Source of the DNA: Mytilus edulis
Taxonomy: Eukaryota
NCBI RefSeq assembly: GCF_963676685.1
Contig: NC_092344.1
Coordinates: forward strand, 45,446,001-45,510,000
Direction of reading: 5' to 3'
DNA: 64,000 nt
Shown: piece by piece, positions 1 through 14,588 of the stretch
Position numbering within the stretch: position 1 is the first letter of the stretch
How the letters are laid out: the number at the start of each line of letters is the position of its first letter
Translations under genes and position numbers: made by a program
Notes under the pieces: model-generated
Seen by the model: the letters and a program-made list of their open reading frames with translations, nothing else
Told to the model about the DNA's origin: nothing
Database searches by the model: none

Positions 1-341
1 AGAGTTTCTACCCAAGGAATATTACTACCGTAACTGTTTCTCGAAAATTATTTCGGAATTTCAGGTCCTAAATGCTCTTCAACTTTGTACTTTATTTTGC
101 CTTTAAACTTGTGTTGCAATAACTGCAAAATATATAGCATTTCCCTTGATAAGGAAAGTCAGATTTTTTGTTTTATAAATAGGTCTATAAAATTAGCCGA
201 AAAATATTAGATCTGATTTTTTTTCTAACTTTTTCTCTTACTTCGTAGGAGGGTTTTTTGTCCAAATCACAACATTTAAGTTAAACTATAATGTAATAAC
301 TTCTGAAACATGTCATTATATCAACTTTATATTATACTTAC

Positions 342-3300
342 CAAAACCTCTCCGCCATCAAATTTTCTTTCAACGTCATATTCAATCACAAAGAGCCCGG
401 ATATTCCTTGGTCGGATTGTTGTTTTTGGTCATCAGTAGTAGGTGCATAGTGAATCATCGCTGATTTTGTTGTTGGCCTATTAATCGTCACCAAAGCATT
501 CTTGCCTTCTAAAACATTAAAAACACAATGACTTACCATATCCCATCATGATTATATATTTTATTAGATGTCTTAGAAACTGTTAATATCCTTGGTTTTT
601 TTTCTTCAAACATTTCAGAATGATTTATCATAGTTTAGCTGTATATAAACAGAAATGTATACGCAAACATAATCTTTTAAAAACCGCTACACTTACGTAT
701 CAGCATTGTATGCAACATGTATTCCCTTAGTTACATTATTTATTTGACTTGTGTGTGTGTGTGTGTGTGTGTTTGACAATTTGTGTGTGTGAAAAGACAG
801 TATCAAATGGTGGTATATTAATCCTATAATAATAATTGATTTTTTTGGTAAAATGATGTACCTCATACCAAAAATTCTTTTGATGACATATATTTGATTG
901 GAAATGCACAAAAATGTCTCAAAATGATAACGCTTTAAAAAAATGAATAAAGTTTTGAAATTAATTTTGAACTTAGGTACTAACAAGTGTTTGCTTAACA
1001 GAAAACAGACACATTTAAGCACCATTTTTTCGGTGCAAACATGCAAACTTTGATTTTAGGACCAACACAGTAAAGTGAAACTTTATTTTGCCGTTTTAAA
1101 ATCTTGCCTTGTAATAACTTTTTGATTTTTAAGAATGTCTACATTGCTGGAGTATAGATCTCGTATTGTTTTTCAATGATTTCCATTTAATAGGGTTAGC
1201 TCTTACAAGGAAGGTTTTGCTCCTATTGAATGAATTAAAATTTTACGAACACCATCAGTTGGTTGACAATTATAGAATATACTTGACCACGGGTATGTTC
1301 CAATTATTGTATGCACATTTCTGTCCAGTTGTATTTGATTGTGACTTCCTAAATTAATACTGATAACCGGATGTATACGTTTATGAGCAACACAGCGATT
1401 GTTATATGTGATGCAAGATCTTCTTAATCTTTAAAAATCACCCCGTTTATTTGGAGAGGTTTATTTGCAAAACATTTTTATGCCCCACCTACGATAGTAG
1501 AGGGGCATTATGTTTTCTGGTCTGTGCGTCTTTCCGTCTGTCCGTCCTTCTGTTCGACCGTCCGTTCCATTTCAGGTTAAAGTTTTTGGTCAAGGTAGTT
1601 TTTGAAGAAGCTAAAGTCCAATCAACTTGAAACTTAGTACACATGTTCCTTATGATATGATCTTTCTTATTTTAAAACAAAATTAATCTTTTGACCCCAT
1701 TTTCATGGTCCACTGAACATAGAAATTAAAAGTGTGAGTTTCAGGTTAAAGTTTTTGGTCAAGATAGTTTTCAATGAAGTTTAAGTCCAATCAACTTGAA
1801 ACTTAGTACACATGTTCCCTTTTGATTGATCAATTTACTTTTAAGGCCAAATTAGATTTTTAACCTAATTTCACGGTCCATTGAACATGGAAAATGATAA
1901 TGCGAGTGGGGCATCCGTGTACTTTGGACACATTCTTGTTTGTTATGAATAGCACTGGTTATGTCGGTCTTTTATTACCTTATGAGTATTGGTCGTTCCT
2001 TATCTTATTAAACTTTGTTTTTGGTTATTTCATGCACCACTGTGGTTTGCGGATGGTTCAGAACAAGGAATATCTTATAATTGCTTACATCCATGCATGT
2101 AAACTATGTAAATATTGTTTTCTTACCATCAATACTACTGTCAGAAAGTATGTCATTTCTAATCGGTGGCACAGAGACTTTAGTGATATCCCTCGACTCG
2201 TGTATAGCTACGTCTATTTTGAAATCTTCTACTATCTGACCGGGGTCAATATATATGATGTGCTCATATTCCCCGTAAACTCGCTCCAATAATTCTTGGT
2301 AGGTCAGATTGAATGTTACTGAACTCTCGGCTGCAACGTTAACATCAACACTGAACCGGTTGGTATGCCTAGGTCTGTAAAGAGATAGCTTAATGTTTGT
2401 AAAACCATGGAAATACACTTCCATAATACTTCCATGCTAAAACAGAATCAAAGGCTGTTAACACTGGCGGATCTATAAATTTTCATAAGTGGGGACCCAC
2501 TGACTGCCCGCTCCAGTCACGCTTCAGTGATTCCCTATTGAAGCAACCAAATTTTTTCACCCTGCCACCCCCGCCCCTTCTTAATCCGCCTCTGCGTCAA
2601 CAATGATGAAGGATTGTCAATTCAATTTAGATTTGATACGTGTGGCTACCGTTAAGAATTACTAGTAATCAAATAAGGCAACTACTCCTTCAAACAAAAG
2701 TGTTACGCTTTCTGTACGCTACAGCACATTTACAACAACACTTTAAGGGGTCTATTTGGGGAACAAAATCCAGCTTATCCTTATTTCTTATGACGACAAT
2801 CAAATATTTCACGCTCTTAAATCTTCTAATTCTGTAGACCTAAATTATATTACAAGAGGAATTGTTTACATGCGCTGGCTCTGAATGTGCTTCAACTGTA
2901 ATCTGCCTTAGGCCGTTTTGTTATTAAATAACTGTGTAATTAAAATGCTGAATCTTGACTCTTGTATTGGATTTCCTGTCACAAAAGGAATGCCAAGAAA
3001 CACGAACGTGCGTTTCAGAGAAGATCATGACCTAGAACTCCATGAAAACTGGTACCCACAGAAATTGAACACAATGTCACTAAAACATATACGGGAATTG
3101 AAAAGAAAATTCTGCATATTGCACAAAAAAGGATGATAATAACCAGCGACGCTCAGATGAAAAAAGTTTGAAAGCCAAAACAAGTACAAAGTTGAAGATT
3201 ACCGAGGACAAAAAGTTCCAAAAAGTTGTGACCAATACGGCCAGGGTAATCCGCCTGGGACACGAACATCCTTATTATTTAGAATAATTCATACTTAAAA

Positions 3301-6300
3301 TTGCAACGATTGCATTGTCTAAAAACACGAATAAATCATAAATAACAAGAAAAACTGTTCAGTCAGTTTTGTTTACAATAGCGAGCGTAGCGTATCGGAA
3401 TTTACGATTTTAAGCCCGTCTACTTTTGTGGACAACACAATCAAATATAGACACGATTCCAAAAGGAAACGGTTATGTGTCTTTTATAAATCATAAGTAT
3501 TTCTAAAAATACATCTATGTATTACTTATAAATAATTGAGTCAGGTATCTTCATTTGTTACAATGTACCACAAGTTACTTAATATTAAAACCTTTACTAA
3601 ATTCTTTCATGGATACACAGATGTGGTTTGCAAGTTTATTCTAAAAACAGTTGTTGGCATGACACGGGTTATGTTCTTCTCATATATGTTATGATGGTAT
3701 GATACTAAACCCCTAACGGGAAGGATTGTGCCTGATGTTCATATGATGAAATCATAATCTTTCAGTCAGTTTAGTTGAAGTCTGGAGCTGGCATGTCAGT
3801 TAACTGCTAGTAGTCTGTTGTTATTTATGTATTATTGTCATTTTGTTTATTTTCTTTGGTTACATCTTCTGACATCAGACTCGGATTTCTCTTGAACTGA
3901 ATTTTAATGTGCGTATTGTTATGCGTTTACTTTACTACATTGGTTAGAGGTATAGGAGGAGGGTTGAGATCTCACAAACATGTTTAACCCCGCCGCATTT
4001 TTGCGCCTGTCCCAAGTCAGGAGCCTCTGGCCTTTGTTAGTCTTGTATTATTTTAATTTTAGTTTCTTGTGTACAATTTGGAAATTAGTATGGCGTTCAT
4101 TATCACTTGACTAGTATATATTTGTTTAGGGGCCAGCTGAAGGACGCCTCCGGGTGCGGGAATTTCTCGCTACATTGAAGACCTGTTGGTGACCCTCTGC
4201 TGTTGTTTTTTATTTGGGCGGGTTGTTGTCTCTTTGACACATTCCCCATTTTCATTCTCAATTTTATTGAATGTTCCTGTAGAAAACTTAGTTCTAAGGT
4301 AAGGAAGCACAAAAGTCATCTTAATGTTTACACTGGTGGGGTCTACCAAATCCTGAAATTTATTTGAGTTTTGGTGACTAGTGGTCTCATTGGCAATCAT
4401 ACCAGATCTCCTTATTCTCTTATAGTTGTGTACATACTTTTGTGAAACGATTCCAGCTGTTTGTCCCTTTTTCTTTGCTGTTTCGTACTTTTTCTTTGCT
4501 TTCTCCTTCTCATTGATTTCTCCTGGATATAGTTTGCCATCAATCTCCCTGTTTATTTAATGATAATATTATTCAATAAAAAGGACAAAAGGGATATTAT
4601 ATGAAATGTAAGATATAATAAAACATAAATTGAGTATACCGGATCATGCATAGACAACATTTCTTATGACGAAACATTAAAACGCATATTACAGGAACAG
4701 TGTAGATTTATCATATAGGGCATAAAATCGCAAAACAACTTTGACCAACCCAGAAGCAACTAATCCGAGTTTGTATTACATTTTTGTCTGCATAGTATAT
4801 TGATTCATAGTAAACGAAGTCAAAGACGGCCCATAGTAGAACTGTTAACTACTGCTTTCGTTTCATTCAAAATTTTGAAAAATGCTTTGTTCAAAACAAG
4901 ACGTATTGAAAATTATTGTTTTTCAAATTTTATATTTATTTGTTGTTTTAGTAACTTACATGACAAACTCGGTGATGAATGCGGCATCTGGAAGAGTAAC
5001 ATCGAATTTAGCTTCTACAGACTTGTTATCGCTATTGGCTACAGTACTTGTAACAAGTGTTGTGGCAAACCTATATCTGATATCAGATTGAACATGGAGA
5101 GAGGTAATTTCTAGGTTCTGAAATGAAAAAAGTATAAGCTTTTGAAAAGCTTGCATACCAAAAAAACAACCCAATTATCACAAAATTGGTTAGTTTCTTC
5201 TGAAAGAAGTATAGTTTGAACATGGGAATAAAAAATAAGTTATAATACATCACAAGTATTCAAAGATTTGCCTGTGTTTCCTTTTGTGTCAATGGCAAAA
5301 ATAGTGCATGCATATTTAGGATGAAACATAAGAAAACTATGTATGTGAGAGCTGTAAAAAACGGATATAAACCCTTTTTGTGTGACATTTATCACATCTA
5401 AGATGTATAAAATAAAGCGAATGGCAAAATAGTTATAGTGTGTTTGACCTAAAATTGTATCCGAAGAAAAACTGAAGTAAGTTCGATCCTTGAGGCATAA
5501 CCCTTGAGCAGTTAGAGTTGCTTTGTAGAGAATAGTATCATTGCAAACTAATACATGTTACATCATGAACATTTTTTTAATTTTGTGGATTTTAATATCC
5601 TAAGTTTTGGTATGAAATAGTCTTAGTAAAGGTTTGATACTGAATAATGGTATCTGTTGTTTCGATGTAATAAAATATTAAAGCTGACTCGAGAAAAGTG
5701 TTGATGAAACGATAAGGAATGATACAAAATTGTGCATAACAAATACCAAAAGCGTTCCTATTCACAACGAGACCTTCCACATTAAACAAAATATCACACA
5801 AGCGCCTCACTGCAAATGTAAGACAATTTAGCAATATTCTTTTCTAAAAAGTATAAATTTATAAATTATATAAGACATGATTATCTAACAAGAACTGTTA
5901 TAAAGTGCCCGAAAATCCCTGAACACAATAAAAAAAAAACAGTTGTTGTTCTTCTTCTTTGGGTCAACAAGGCTTCAATACTACATGCTGTTGATGTAAG
6001 CATTTAAAAATCAACGGACATAACAAATTTAAAAGTAATGTATGAATAAGTGAGATGACTTGTCAAAGTGCACAAAAAAAGTCAATAAAAAAAAACGTGT
6101 CTGAAGTTTTTTCGCGTTAACAGTCTTATTGTCAATGAGGTCCTTTACATAGCGTGAAGTTGAGTATGGTTGAACCCTTAGGCGATCGCGCTAAATCAAC
6201 GCATTGAGATACAGCTGTGTGGTGATATCATCAAATTAACAAAATTAAAATAAATGTATAAATCTAAAATGCGGTGAAATAATAATACTTCATATTAACT

Positions 6301-8455
6301 TCAACAGGATTAAATTGAAGTAGGTTTAGTGGACACTTGAACAACTCTGGACCAGAGATATTATCGGCTTGTATATCGGAAAGAAATAATTATTCCTTGC
6401 CACTTGATTGAAACCTATTCAATAAATGTAAGTGTCATTGACTGTTAATAAAAATGTCAAGTGCATAGTGCTTATTAATTCATAAACTTGCAAACATATA
6501 AATAATTGAAAAATGAGTCATCCTACTTTTCAAACTAAAAAAGGAAAAAAGTACTCATATTTTATGTGAATGAATTAATGTTTGTAGTGGTAAACAGTAC
6601 TGTTGCATGATTGTTTCCTTTCAATATATGTGTTTTTAAGCATACCAAAAGTAGGCAGGACTATTCGTTTAGTAATATTCTGCGTGGAAATAATGAAAAT
6701 GATAGTTTTTTTTACTCGATTTAGGTTTTCAAATACATTATCGTTATTAATCTGTGCGGTAGAGGGCGCAAAGGTCGCCTGAAATAATGTCACACGAAGG
6801 TCATTTTATTAATAATAAGTTTTTCAAAATAAATTTTACTTCACTTCACATTATCACAGCTTCTTTTATTAGTGCACTTTTAAATTCTTTAAAAACTTGG
6901 CTGATTTTAGTATATTTAATATACTCAAGCTAAAAAAAGTGAATCATATAGAATAAGGATCTAAATAGAAATCTCAAAACTATCACAAATTCCATAAATT
7001 AAACATGAATAAAGGCGTCAGTTCGAAAAGGATAAGGACGATTTCAGTTAAGGGGGCTCCTGGGTATAAATCAATTTTTTTTCTAATATATATATATAGG
7101 ATTTCGCTAAATTTTTTTATAAATGAACTTTATCATATACTTAAAAGAAAAATGAAATAAAAAGATGGGGTCACCGTTCATTTAAGCTCACAATCTGCCT
7201 CTGGAAGAAGCATACATTTTTGTTAATGTCCTTTTATTCTGTTGAACTAATAGGAGAAATAGATGTAATATCGAAATAAGAAAATAACCTTATTACAGAA
7301 ATCGCTTAAATTTTACAATTATTTAGTTTATGTACAGCTTATTTGAAAACAATAATAAAAAATATAGGTCACCGATGAGTTAAAAAAGATATTTCAAATT
7401 TAATGCCTTAAATAGACATTAGAAAAATAATGGAAAAGAAAATATAAAAATAGAGTAATGAAGTCTTTTGTGCAAAATATACAAGAGTAGGTCCCTTTGA
7501 AAAAAAATTAGTTTAGTTTTGTAACCAAACTCTGTTCATTTCAATTAATATCTAAACGAATGTAGTAACAAATGAAGCACTGATCAACTGTAATCATATT
7601 CATGGTACCTATTTATCTGCAATAGATGCGCATTTTGATAACAAATATCTCTGTACAGAGTGATGCTCGAGTCCACAAAATATTTGGACATCCAAAACTT
7701 ATTAAAAAAGTGAAAGGATTGTAAACCAAGAACGAATGAAAGTTTAGCCAAAGACGCGTATGGAATCTGATCTTTACATGTACATCTAGGAGATGTATAA
7801 TTCCTTGATTTAAACAAATTTAACAGCAAATTTTAAAAACATCAATGTCCGCATTTTCATGCCTGTACCGAATTCTACTTAGATAAAACTCATATATTTA
7901 TTTAATAATTTACCATCTGCTTGTTAATTGAAAAAAAGGAACGTTTCCATTGTGAACATCATTGATAAAATTCAGAATGGAAAAGAGAAATATGTCAAAG
8001 AGACAACAACCCGACCAAAGAGCAGACAACAGCAGAATGATATACTTGATATTCTTTAGATGTGTTTCTTATCTTCATGTTTTACTTTGGAACGTTTCCA
8101 TCGGTGGATCATAGAGAGGGGGCCCGGGGATATTCCCCCCCTTTTTTTCCCGATTTTTCCCCTTCATAATGTGAACGTTTCAAAATGACTGGATCCACAC
8201 CTGGTATCAGAAATTCGAAAATATTGTTACCCCTCTTTTTTGTGAAAAAACATGCTTATTCTGCATTTGTACATATTTCTGCATATATAAATGTCTGACA
8301 ATAGCATACTATGTATTTACAAATCAACAGGCAATAATAAATTACTAACATTATTATATTATTAAATGAAAACAACAACATTAAAAACTTACATTACTTT
8401 TGGAATATACAACTGTAAACAACAGAAAAACTAAACATGTAAATCTTGCATCCAT
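342..8455 (-). CDS. ITIH: Inter-alpha-trypsin inhibitor heavy chain-like protein (VIT domain), 5' part; gene continues off the left edge
   Basis: Phase-compatible GT-AG exons (minus): 8455-8393 (MDARFTCLVFLLFTVVYSKSN, signal peptide), 5117-4960 (NLEITSLHVQSDIRYRFATTLVTS...LPDAAFITEFVM), 4548-4438 (EIDGKLYPGEINEKEKAKKKYETAKKKGQTAGIVSQK), 2374-2127 (PRHTNRFSVDVNVAAESSVTFNLTYQELL...), 508-342 (EGKNALV...GLFVIEYDVERKFDGGEVL). These are typical ITIH VIT-domain motifs; 249 codons lie in the window. The specific paralogue is not assignable. Confidence 0.92.
750..772. repeat. (TG)n microsatellite
   Basis: Direct observation. Confidence 0.95.
1476..1940. mobile_element. HINE/pearl-like element in ITIH intron
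   Basis: Hairpin atgcccc...ggggcat, (CCGT)n tract, two ~170-bp tandem units, 3' ggggcatccgtgtac...ttcttgtt. A reverse fragment of the same end lies at ~9198-9270. Confidence 0.72.
3646..4266 (+). repeat. Interspersed SINE-like retroposon family 1, long copy
   Basis: 3812-4265 is almost identical to 34151-34605. Degenerate reverse copies at ~9813-11220, 17385-17760, 50217-50510. Confidence 0.85.
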
Positions 8456-8545
8456 GTTGTTGCCTTGAGAAATTACGATTCACATAAACATCTATTTGTA
8501 TCTCAAGTCTTTAAGATTGAATGACAATGATGTAAGAAGTAAGTA

Positions 8546-8555
8546 GGGTTTTCCC
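8546..8555 (-). promoter_or_regulatory. Candidate NF-kB/Rel site upstream of ITIH
   Basis: GGGTTTTCCC, 91 bp upstream of the ITIH ATG. Confidence 0.35.
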
Positions 8556-9997
8556 TTACTTCTGACTACGCAGCCGTGTGTACTTAGACAAAGTACATCT
8601 TTAAGTGTTGATACGAATGAAGATCTAGGCATAATATCTATCAAATTTGTTTGTAGTTTAAGTATTTTAATAAATCGGATTATAAGCTAAAATTATATAA
8701 CAAGTCATTTCTATTTCTGAAGTATATTGAATAATACGAGATAATATTCAGTCTCGTAAAAGTTGAACGTTACGTAAATTTAATTTTAATATAATTGATT
8801 ACATTATAATTGTTGAGTTAGCAAATAAAACGTTTGATTAACTTTGGGGAACACAATTACGCTAACAGCGGGAAGTATTTAAGATGTTGCCATCTACAAA
8901 TGTATCTACGAGATGAAAATTAGATATTGGTGAATATCCTAAATATAAACTGACCGGATTTGTAATAAAAATAGATAACTCAGAGATTCATAATGGGGGA
9001 AAACCTCATTGTGCATCATCAATACAAAATAATTGGATTTTTATGAGTATTGGCTCCCCTGTTTAGGAATGTGGTTTTTGTGCTTTAAAACGATTATCAT
9101 TATAGACTTTTGTGACAGTCGTTCCATAACCACGCCTTTTACAAACAAGAAAAATATTTTGTTCTTACTTCTCTAATACAAGTTCTAGCATATGAAAAAC
9201 AAGAATGTGGCCATAGTACATGGATGCCCCAGTCGCACTATCATGTTTATGTTCAGAAGACCGTGAAATGAGAATTTACCTAACCTAATAATGACTTCAC
9301 GGTTCAGCAAACAAACAAGCTAACCAAGGCTTCTACCTTTCCCTACACACTCAATGAAATCGGCTGTAATAACATTTTAATTTTCATTTAGGTTAATTTT
9401 CATGTGTTTAACAAATACTGACATATCCCAGAAAAAATTTGTGTATTATTTTGATACACTATTATATTTATTTCATATTTCTCTATTAAGAAAGTGTCTC
9501 CCTTTAATGTAAGCATCAAATATACTTATATTATTCTTAGATAGACATTTTTATTTGTTTTACTTTAAAAAAAAAAAAAAAAAAAGTGTTACTTTGATAA
9601 TTATTTTTGATGATGTCGATACGGGGACGTTAAATCCGATGCTTCATGACGACAGATTATCGCATATTCTATATGTTATGGAACAACTGCAGCAAATGAT
9701 TGAGGGTTCCGTAAGCGATCTTCATGCAGAAAGACACAAAATATCCATATTTATGATTGCCTGTTTGAAATGTTCGGCTTTTATCCCATTTGATTCACTT
9801 TGCGAAACTTTAAATTGAGAATGGAAAGGGGAATGTGTCAAAGACCAGTAAACCGCACAAGGCAATCTATCGGTCTTCATACAGCGAGAAAAACCCGCAC
9901 CTGTAGGCGAACTTCAGCTCTTCCCTCAACCAAAAATAATATATTATACATAGATGAATTCTCACCCCCAAATACCAGAAAAAAACATTAAAAAAGT

Positions 9998-10962
9998 AGA
10001 GGCTCGAATCTGTGTCGCTCACCTAATATTTTTTTGTAATCTGCATTTTAACCCTATTTTCTATTTTTAGCCATGTCGGCCATGTTTGTTGACAAGCGGG
10101 GTCATCCGACAAATTTTTAAACTAGATACCCTTATGATTGTTGTGGCAAAATTTTTCAGAGGAGAGGATTAACAAAATTTTACGAAAAGTTGTTTAAACT
10201 AGACTTTAAACTCCTTAAAGGGTCAGTTGACAATTTTGGCCTTGTTTAACTTATTTGTAGATCTTAATACTTTGTTGAACATTATTGCTGTTTACATTTT
10301 ATCTCTATCTATAACATATTCAAGATAATATCCGAAAATCAACGGGTTGTCCGATTCATCTGAAAATTTCAGAACAGATAGATCTCAACCTAATGAACAT
10401 TTTATCTCTATCTATAACAATATTCAATATAATATCCAAAAACTGCAAAATTTCCTGAAAATTACTCGGAAAATCAACGGGTCTAAGTCTGATTCATCTG
10501 AAAATTTCAGAACAGATAGATTTTAACCTAATGAACATTTTATCTCTATCTATAACAATATTCAAGATAATATCCAAAAACTGCAAAATTTCCTGAAAAT
10601 TACTCGGAAAATCAACGGGTTGTCTGATTCATCTGAAAATTTCAAAACAGATAGAACTCACTGACAGCCTAATGAACATTTTTACCCCAGTCAGATTTAC
10701 TCGTTATGCTTAAGTTTCAGAGATATAAGCCAAACACTGCATTTTACCCCTTTGTTCTATTTTTAGCCATGGCGGCCATCTTGGTTGTCGGGCCAGATCA
10801 TCTAACAATATTTTTAACTAGATACCCCAATGATGATTATGAACAAGTTTGATTAAATTTTGCCCAGTAGTTTCAGAGGAGAAGATTTTTGTAAAAGTTA
10901 ACAGACGATGACGGACGACGGACGCCAAGTGATGAGAAAAGCTCATTTGGCCTTTTAGGTTC
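9998..10962. mobile_element. HINE/pearl-like element with internal ~125-bp tandem repeats, inserted in a SINE-like repeat
   Basis: Shares both termini with the 13.3-kb element (tcgctcacct; gacggacgccaagtgatgagaaaagctca). The flanking repeat at 9813-9995 resumes at ~10962. Confidence 0.7.
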
Positions 10963-11225
10963 AACAAAGGCCAGAGGCTCATGACATGGGACAGGATTAA
11001 ATATGATTTACGGGATCTCAATTCTCCCCTATTCATCTACCCAAAGTAGAATAAACAAACACACAGCAACAAGCACAATAAATCTCAGTTTAAAGAAACC
11101 CCAGTTAGATGGTAGAAAAGGTGTCGGAAGAAACTGGACAAAATGACAATGATATAGAGATAAACAAAGGACTACTAAGTCTAATAGTTTCTGACATGCT
11201 AGCTCCAGACCTCAATTATAATTAT

Positions 11226-12500
11226 TAAGGTCTTTCCTTTTTCAAGAGGGAAAGACCTTACTGTATTTCTTCTGTTTATTATTATTCTTCCGCCAAACTT
11301 TGACGAAGTTAGCAGCCTTAACCGTAAGACGTGTCGCTTTCATGTTCACACTTTGTATCGGTGTCATGAATACCTATCCGGAACTCACCCTGTGAGTCGA
11401 AATATTTTGTCGGTTCGGAGTAATCCTTCCGAAACCCAAAACCCCTGTTATCGTTCCAACACCGTAACCGTAATAGGTAGAAAAAAAAAACAAAGGGTGA
11501 AATTTGTTCAGGACCAGACCCCGGTTCTTCGTCACATTTGGATCGAAAGGATTCAACGACTCATTGGTAGGGTTAGGCCCCTATGAAAATTAACCGTTGT
11601 CGGTTGGCCACCAAAACTCAGAAACCGTAAGTCGTAGACACCTAGGATCTTCACCATTCATCATCAATTCATGTGACTTTAAAAAATACCTCAAGGTCAA
11701 ATGTGTATGTTGACCTTGACCTTTGACCTAACACCTTGTTATGGGATAATCTCAGAAACCATTATACTTACAGAAGTTTTGAATAGTGGAAAATGTTTGG
11801 GTCATTAAGGCGCAACTTTGTTACATTTTGACCGAAGAGATTTGACCTTTCTGTAAGGGGCATAACCCCTGATTTAGGTTTCTGAAAAGACAAAATCAGC
11901 TTTTACTATATAACCAAAGATCCTAGAACCATGGGGTCTTCAGCAATGACATTGGGGACTAATGACCTTGATAAAGGTCACAAAGTCAAGGTCAAGGTCA
12001 TGTCCCAGATAGCGAATTATGTGTTTTTGACCTTATTTTAAGGATTTCTAAAGTGTTTTAAATGTTTTTAAGGTTGACCTTCACCTTTGACCTTTCAACT
12101 TTTTAGTCGATATCTCAAAAACGGTTAATCTTACAGAAATAGTAAACAATGAAAAATGTTTAGGTGACTGAGGCACAACTTTTTTACATTTTGACCGAAA
12201 GGATTTGACATATTCTTAAGGGGCATAACCCCCGTTAACGGTTTCTGAAAAGGTAAAATTAGCCTTAACTCTTGAACGAAAAGTCATAGACCCAGGGGTC
12301 TTTTACAATGACATTGTGGACCAATGACCTTCACAAAGGTTACAAGGTCAAAAGTCAAGGTCATGTCCAAATTATCGAATTTGTTGTTTTTGTCATTTTT
12401 TAACGGTTTTCAATGCATTCTACGTCTATTGGAACATGTACTTTACATTTCGAAAAGGAAAGACCTCTCAATTGTTCAAGAACAATTGACATTTTAATTA
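11226..12500. mobile_element. Helentron/DINE-type non-autonomous element (HINE)
   Basis: 5' hairpin AAGGTCTTTCC...GGAAAGACCTT, two ~365-bp tandem units (~11700-12420), 3' subTIR GGAAAGACCT followed by hairpin CAATTGTTCAAGAACAATTG. Confidence 0.75.
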
Positions 12501-13319
12501 TGTTTATTATTATGAAAAGAAGGATATATGATTACCAATCATACAACTGTCCACCAAAGTATAAATGAACTTGATGTAAGCAACCGTACGGCATTCAATG
12601 AAAAACAAATATGACAGATACGAACCAATGACGATCACTGAACTACAGGCGTCCAACTTGAAACAGACACATACAGAATGTGGCCTTGGTGAAACATGCT
12701 ATTGATTGATCCCCAAAACTGGAACAGTAGTGTCACAGCACAACATAAGAACAATCTATAAAAATCAGCTGGGAAAATGCGGAAAAGGCAAAAAAAACAT
12801 TAAACAAAAACAGATCGGACGTTACAATGTATTTATACATCCCAAACAACAACAAAAAAAGCACAAAATTACAGATCTGAGAGTATGCGCATTTACTGAT
12901 AGCTAGTTCAAAGCCACTCATAACTCATAAATCATCATGGATCTAAGAGTAAAATATCAATTATTACACAGACAACATCTAAAAGATTTAGTGTAAAGAC
13001 GTCATTAACAGTCTATAAAAAATGACCTTGTGCCCTGTACCTATAGGTACTTTTAAGTATCGACAGATTGTAGTACCGTGTAAGTGCATAATTGTGTGTA
13101 TAACAATAATATTTAGTATTGTCAACGGTTAACCGGTTAACCGTTACCGAATACCAAAAAAGCTAACCGGTTAACCGGACATTTTTTCAATTCAAATAGA
13201 TTTCATATAAATTTGTATTGAAATCATTAAATAGTTGTGTTTTCTTTAAAAAAATGTTGTCGTGGTAATTAATTTGACGAATCAATTGTCCAGTATACTG
13301 ATTGGTATTGTGAATCCAC

Positions 13320-14588
13320 CTAGAGTCTCTCAAGAGCCTGTATCGCTCATCTGACTCTACTTGGGTTTTTGAAATCATATAAAAAAGATAAAATTTGGCG
13401 ACAAAGTAACAACACGTGGCCAGCACCTCATAAGGAAAGGAACATTCATGATTTCATTCAATTCAGTGGTTCTCTAGAAGGAGACTTTTGTATCCTATAT
13501 TAAACTAAGCCCCCCGCTGGCGGCCATCTTTGATGATGGATCGGCTACAAAGTATCGACACTTGGTCAGCATCTCATAAGGAACATTTATGCTATGTTTG
13601 GTTTCATTCCATTCAGTCGTTCTTTAAAAGAAGAAATTTGTATGTATTTCCCATAGGGACCTTTGTTAAACTATTAAGTCCCCCCACTGGTGGCCATATT
13701 GGATGTTGGATCGACAACAATGTAACAACAATTGGTCAGCATCTCATAAGGAACATTCATGCTATGTTTGGTTTCATTCCGGTCAGTGGTTCTCTAAAAG
13801 AAGACATTTGTATGTATTTCCCATAGGGTCCTATGTTGAACTAAGTCCCCCGCTGGCGGCCATCTTGGATGATGCGTTGGCTACGAAGTACTAGTAACAA
13901 CACTTGGTCAGCACCTCATAAGAAACATTCATTCTATGTTTGGTTTTATTCCATTCAGTTGTTCTCTAAAAGAAGTCATTTGTATGCATTTCCCATAGGG
14001 TCCTATGTTAAACTAAGTCCCATGCTGGCGGCCATATTGGATGATGGATCGGCTACAAAGTAACAACACTTGGTCAACACCTCATAAGGATCATTCATGC
14101 TATGTTTGGTTTCATTCCATTCAGTGGTTCTCTAAAAGAAGTCATTTGTATGCATTTCCCACAGAGTCCTATGTTAAACTAAGTCCCATGCTGGCGGCCA
14201 TCTTGGATGATGGATCAGCTACAAAGTAACAACACTTGGTCAGCACCTCATAAGGAACATTAATGCCATGTTTGGTTTCATCCCAATCAGCGGTTCTCTA
14301 AAAGAAGTCATTTGTATGCATTTTCCATAGGGTCCTATGTTAAACTAAGTCCCCCGCTGGCGGCCATCTTGGATGACGGATCGGCAACAAAGTAACAACA
14401 CTTGGTCAGCACCTCATAAGGAACATTCGTGCCATGTTTGGTTTCATTCCATTCAGTGGTTCTCTAGAAGAAGTTCAAAATGTAAAAAGTTAAAGACGAC
14501 GACGACGGACGACGACGACGGACGACAGACGACGGACGCCAAGTGATGAGAAAAGCTCACTTGTCCCTCCGGGCCAGGTAAGCTAAAA
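13320..14588. mobile_element. Helentron-associated (HINE/pearl-like) element carrying a satellite-like array
   Basis: About 6.5 tandem ~166-bp monomers, then a (GAC/GGAC)n microsatellite and terminal hairpin agctcac...gtaagct + A-run; the architecture established for bivalve pearl/HINE elements. Confidence 0.78.
13400..14475. repeat. Tandem repeat, ~166-bp monomer
   Basis: ctggcggccatcttgg-like anchors at 13517, 13687, 13853, 14025, 14191, 14357. Confidence 0.95.

Noticed and set aside
13400-14475. Regular repeat array as a CRISPR, or repetitive ORFs 13530-14229 as a protein
   Set aside because: Whole ~166-bp monomers repeat with no unique spacers, there are no cas genes, and the context is eukaryotic. 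The ORFs are frame-shifting translations of the satellite.
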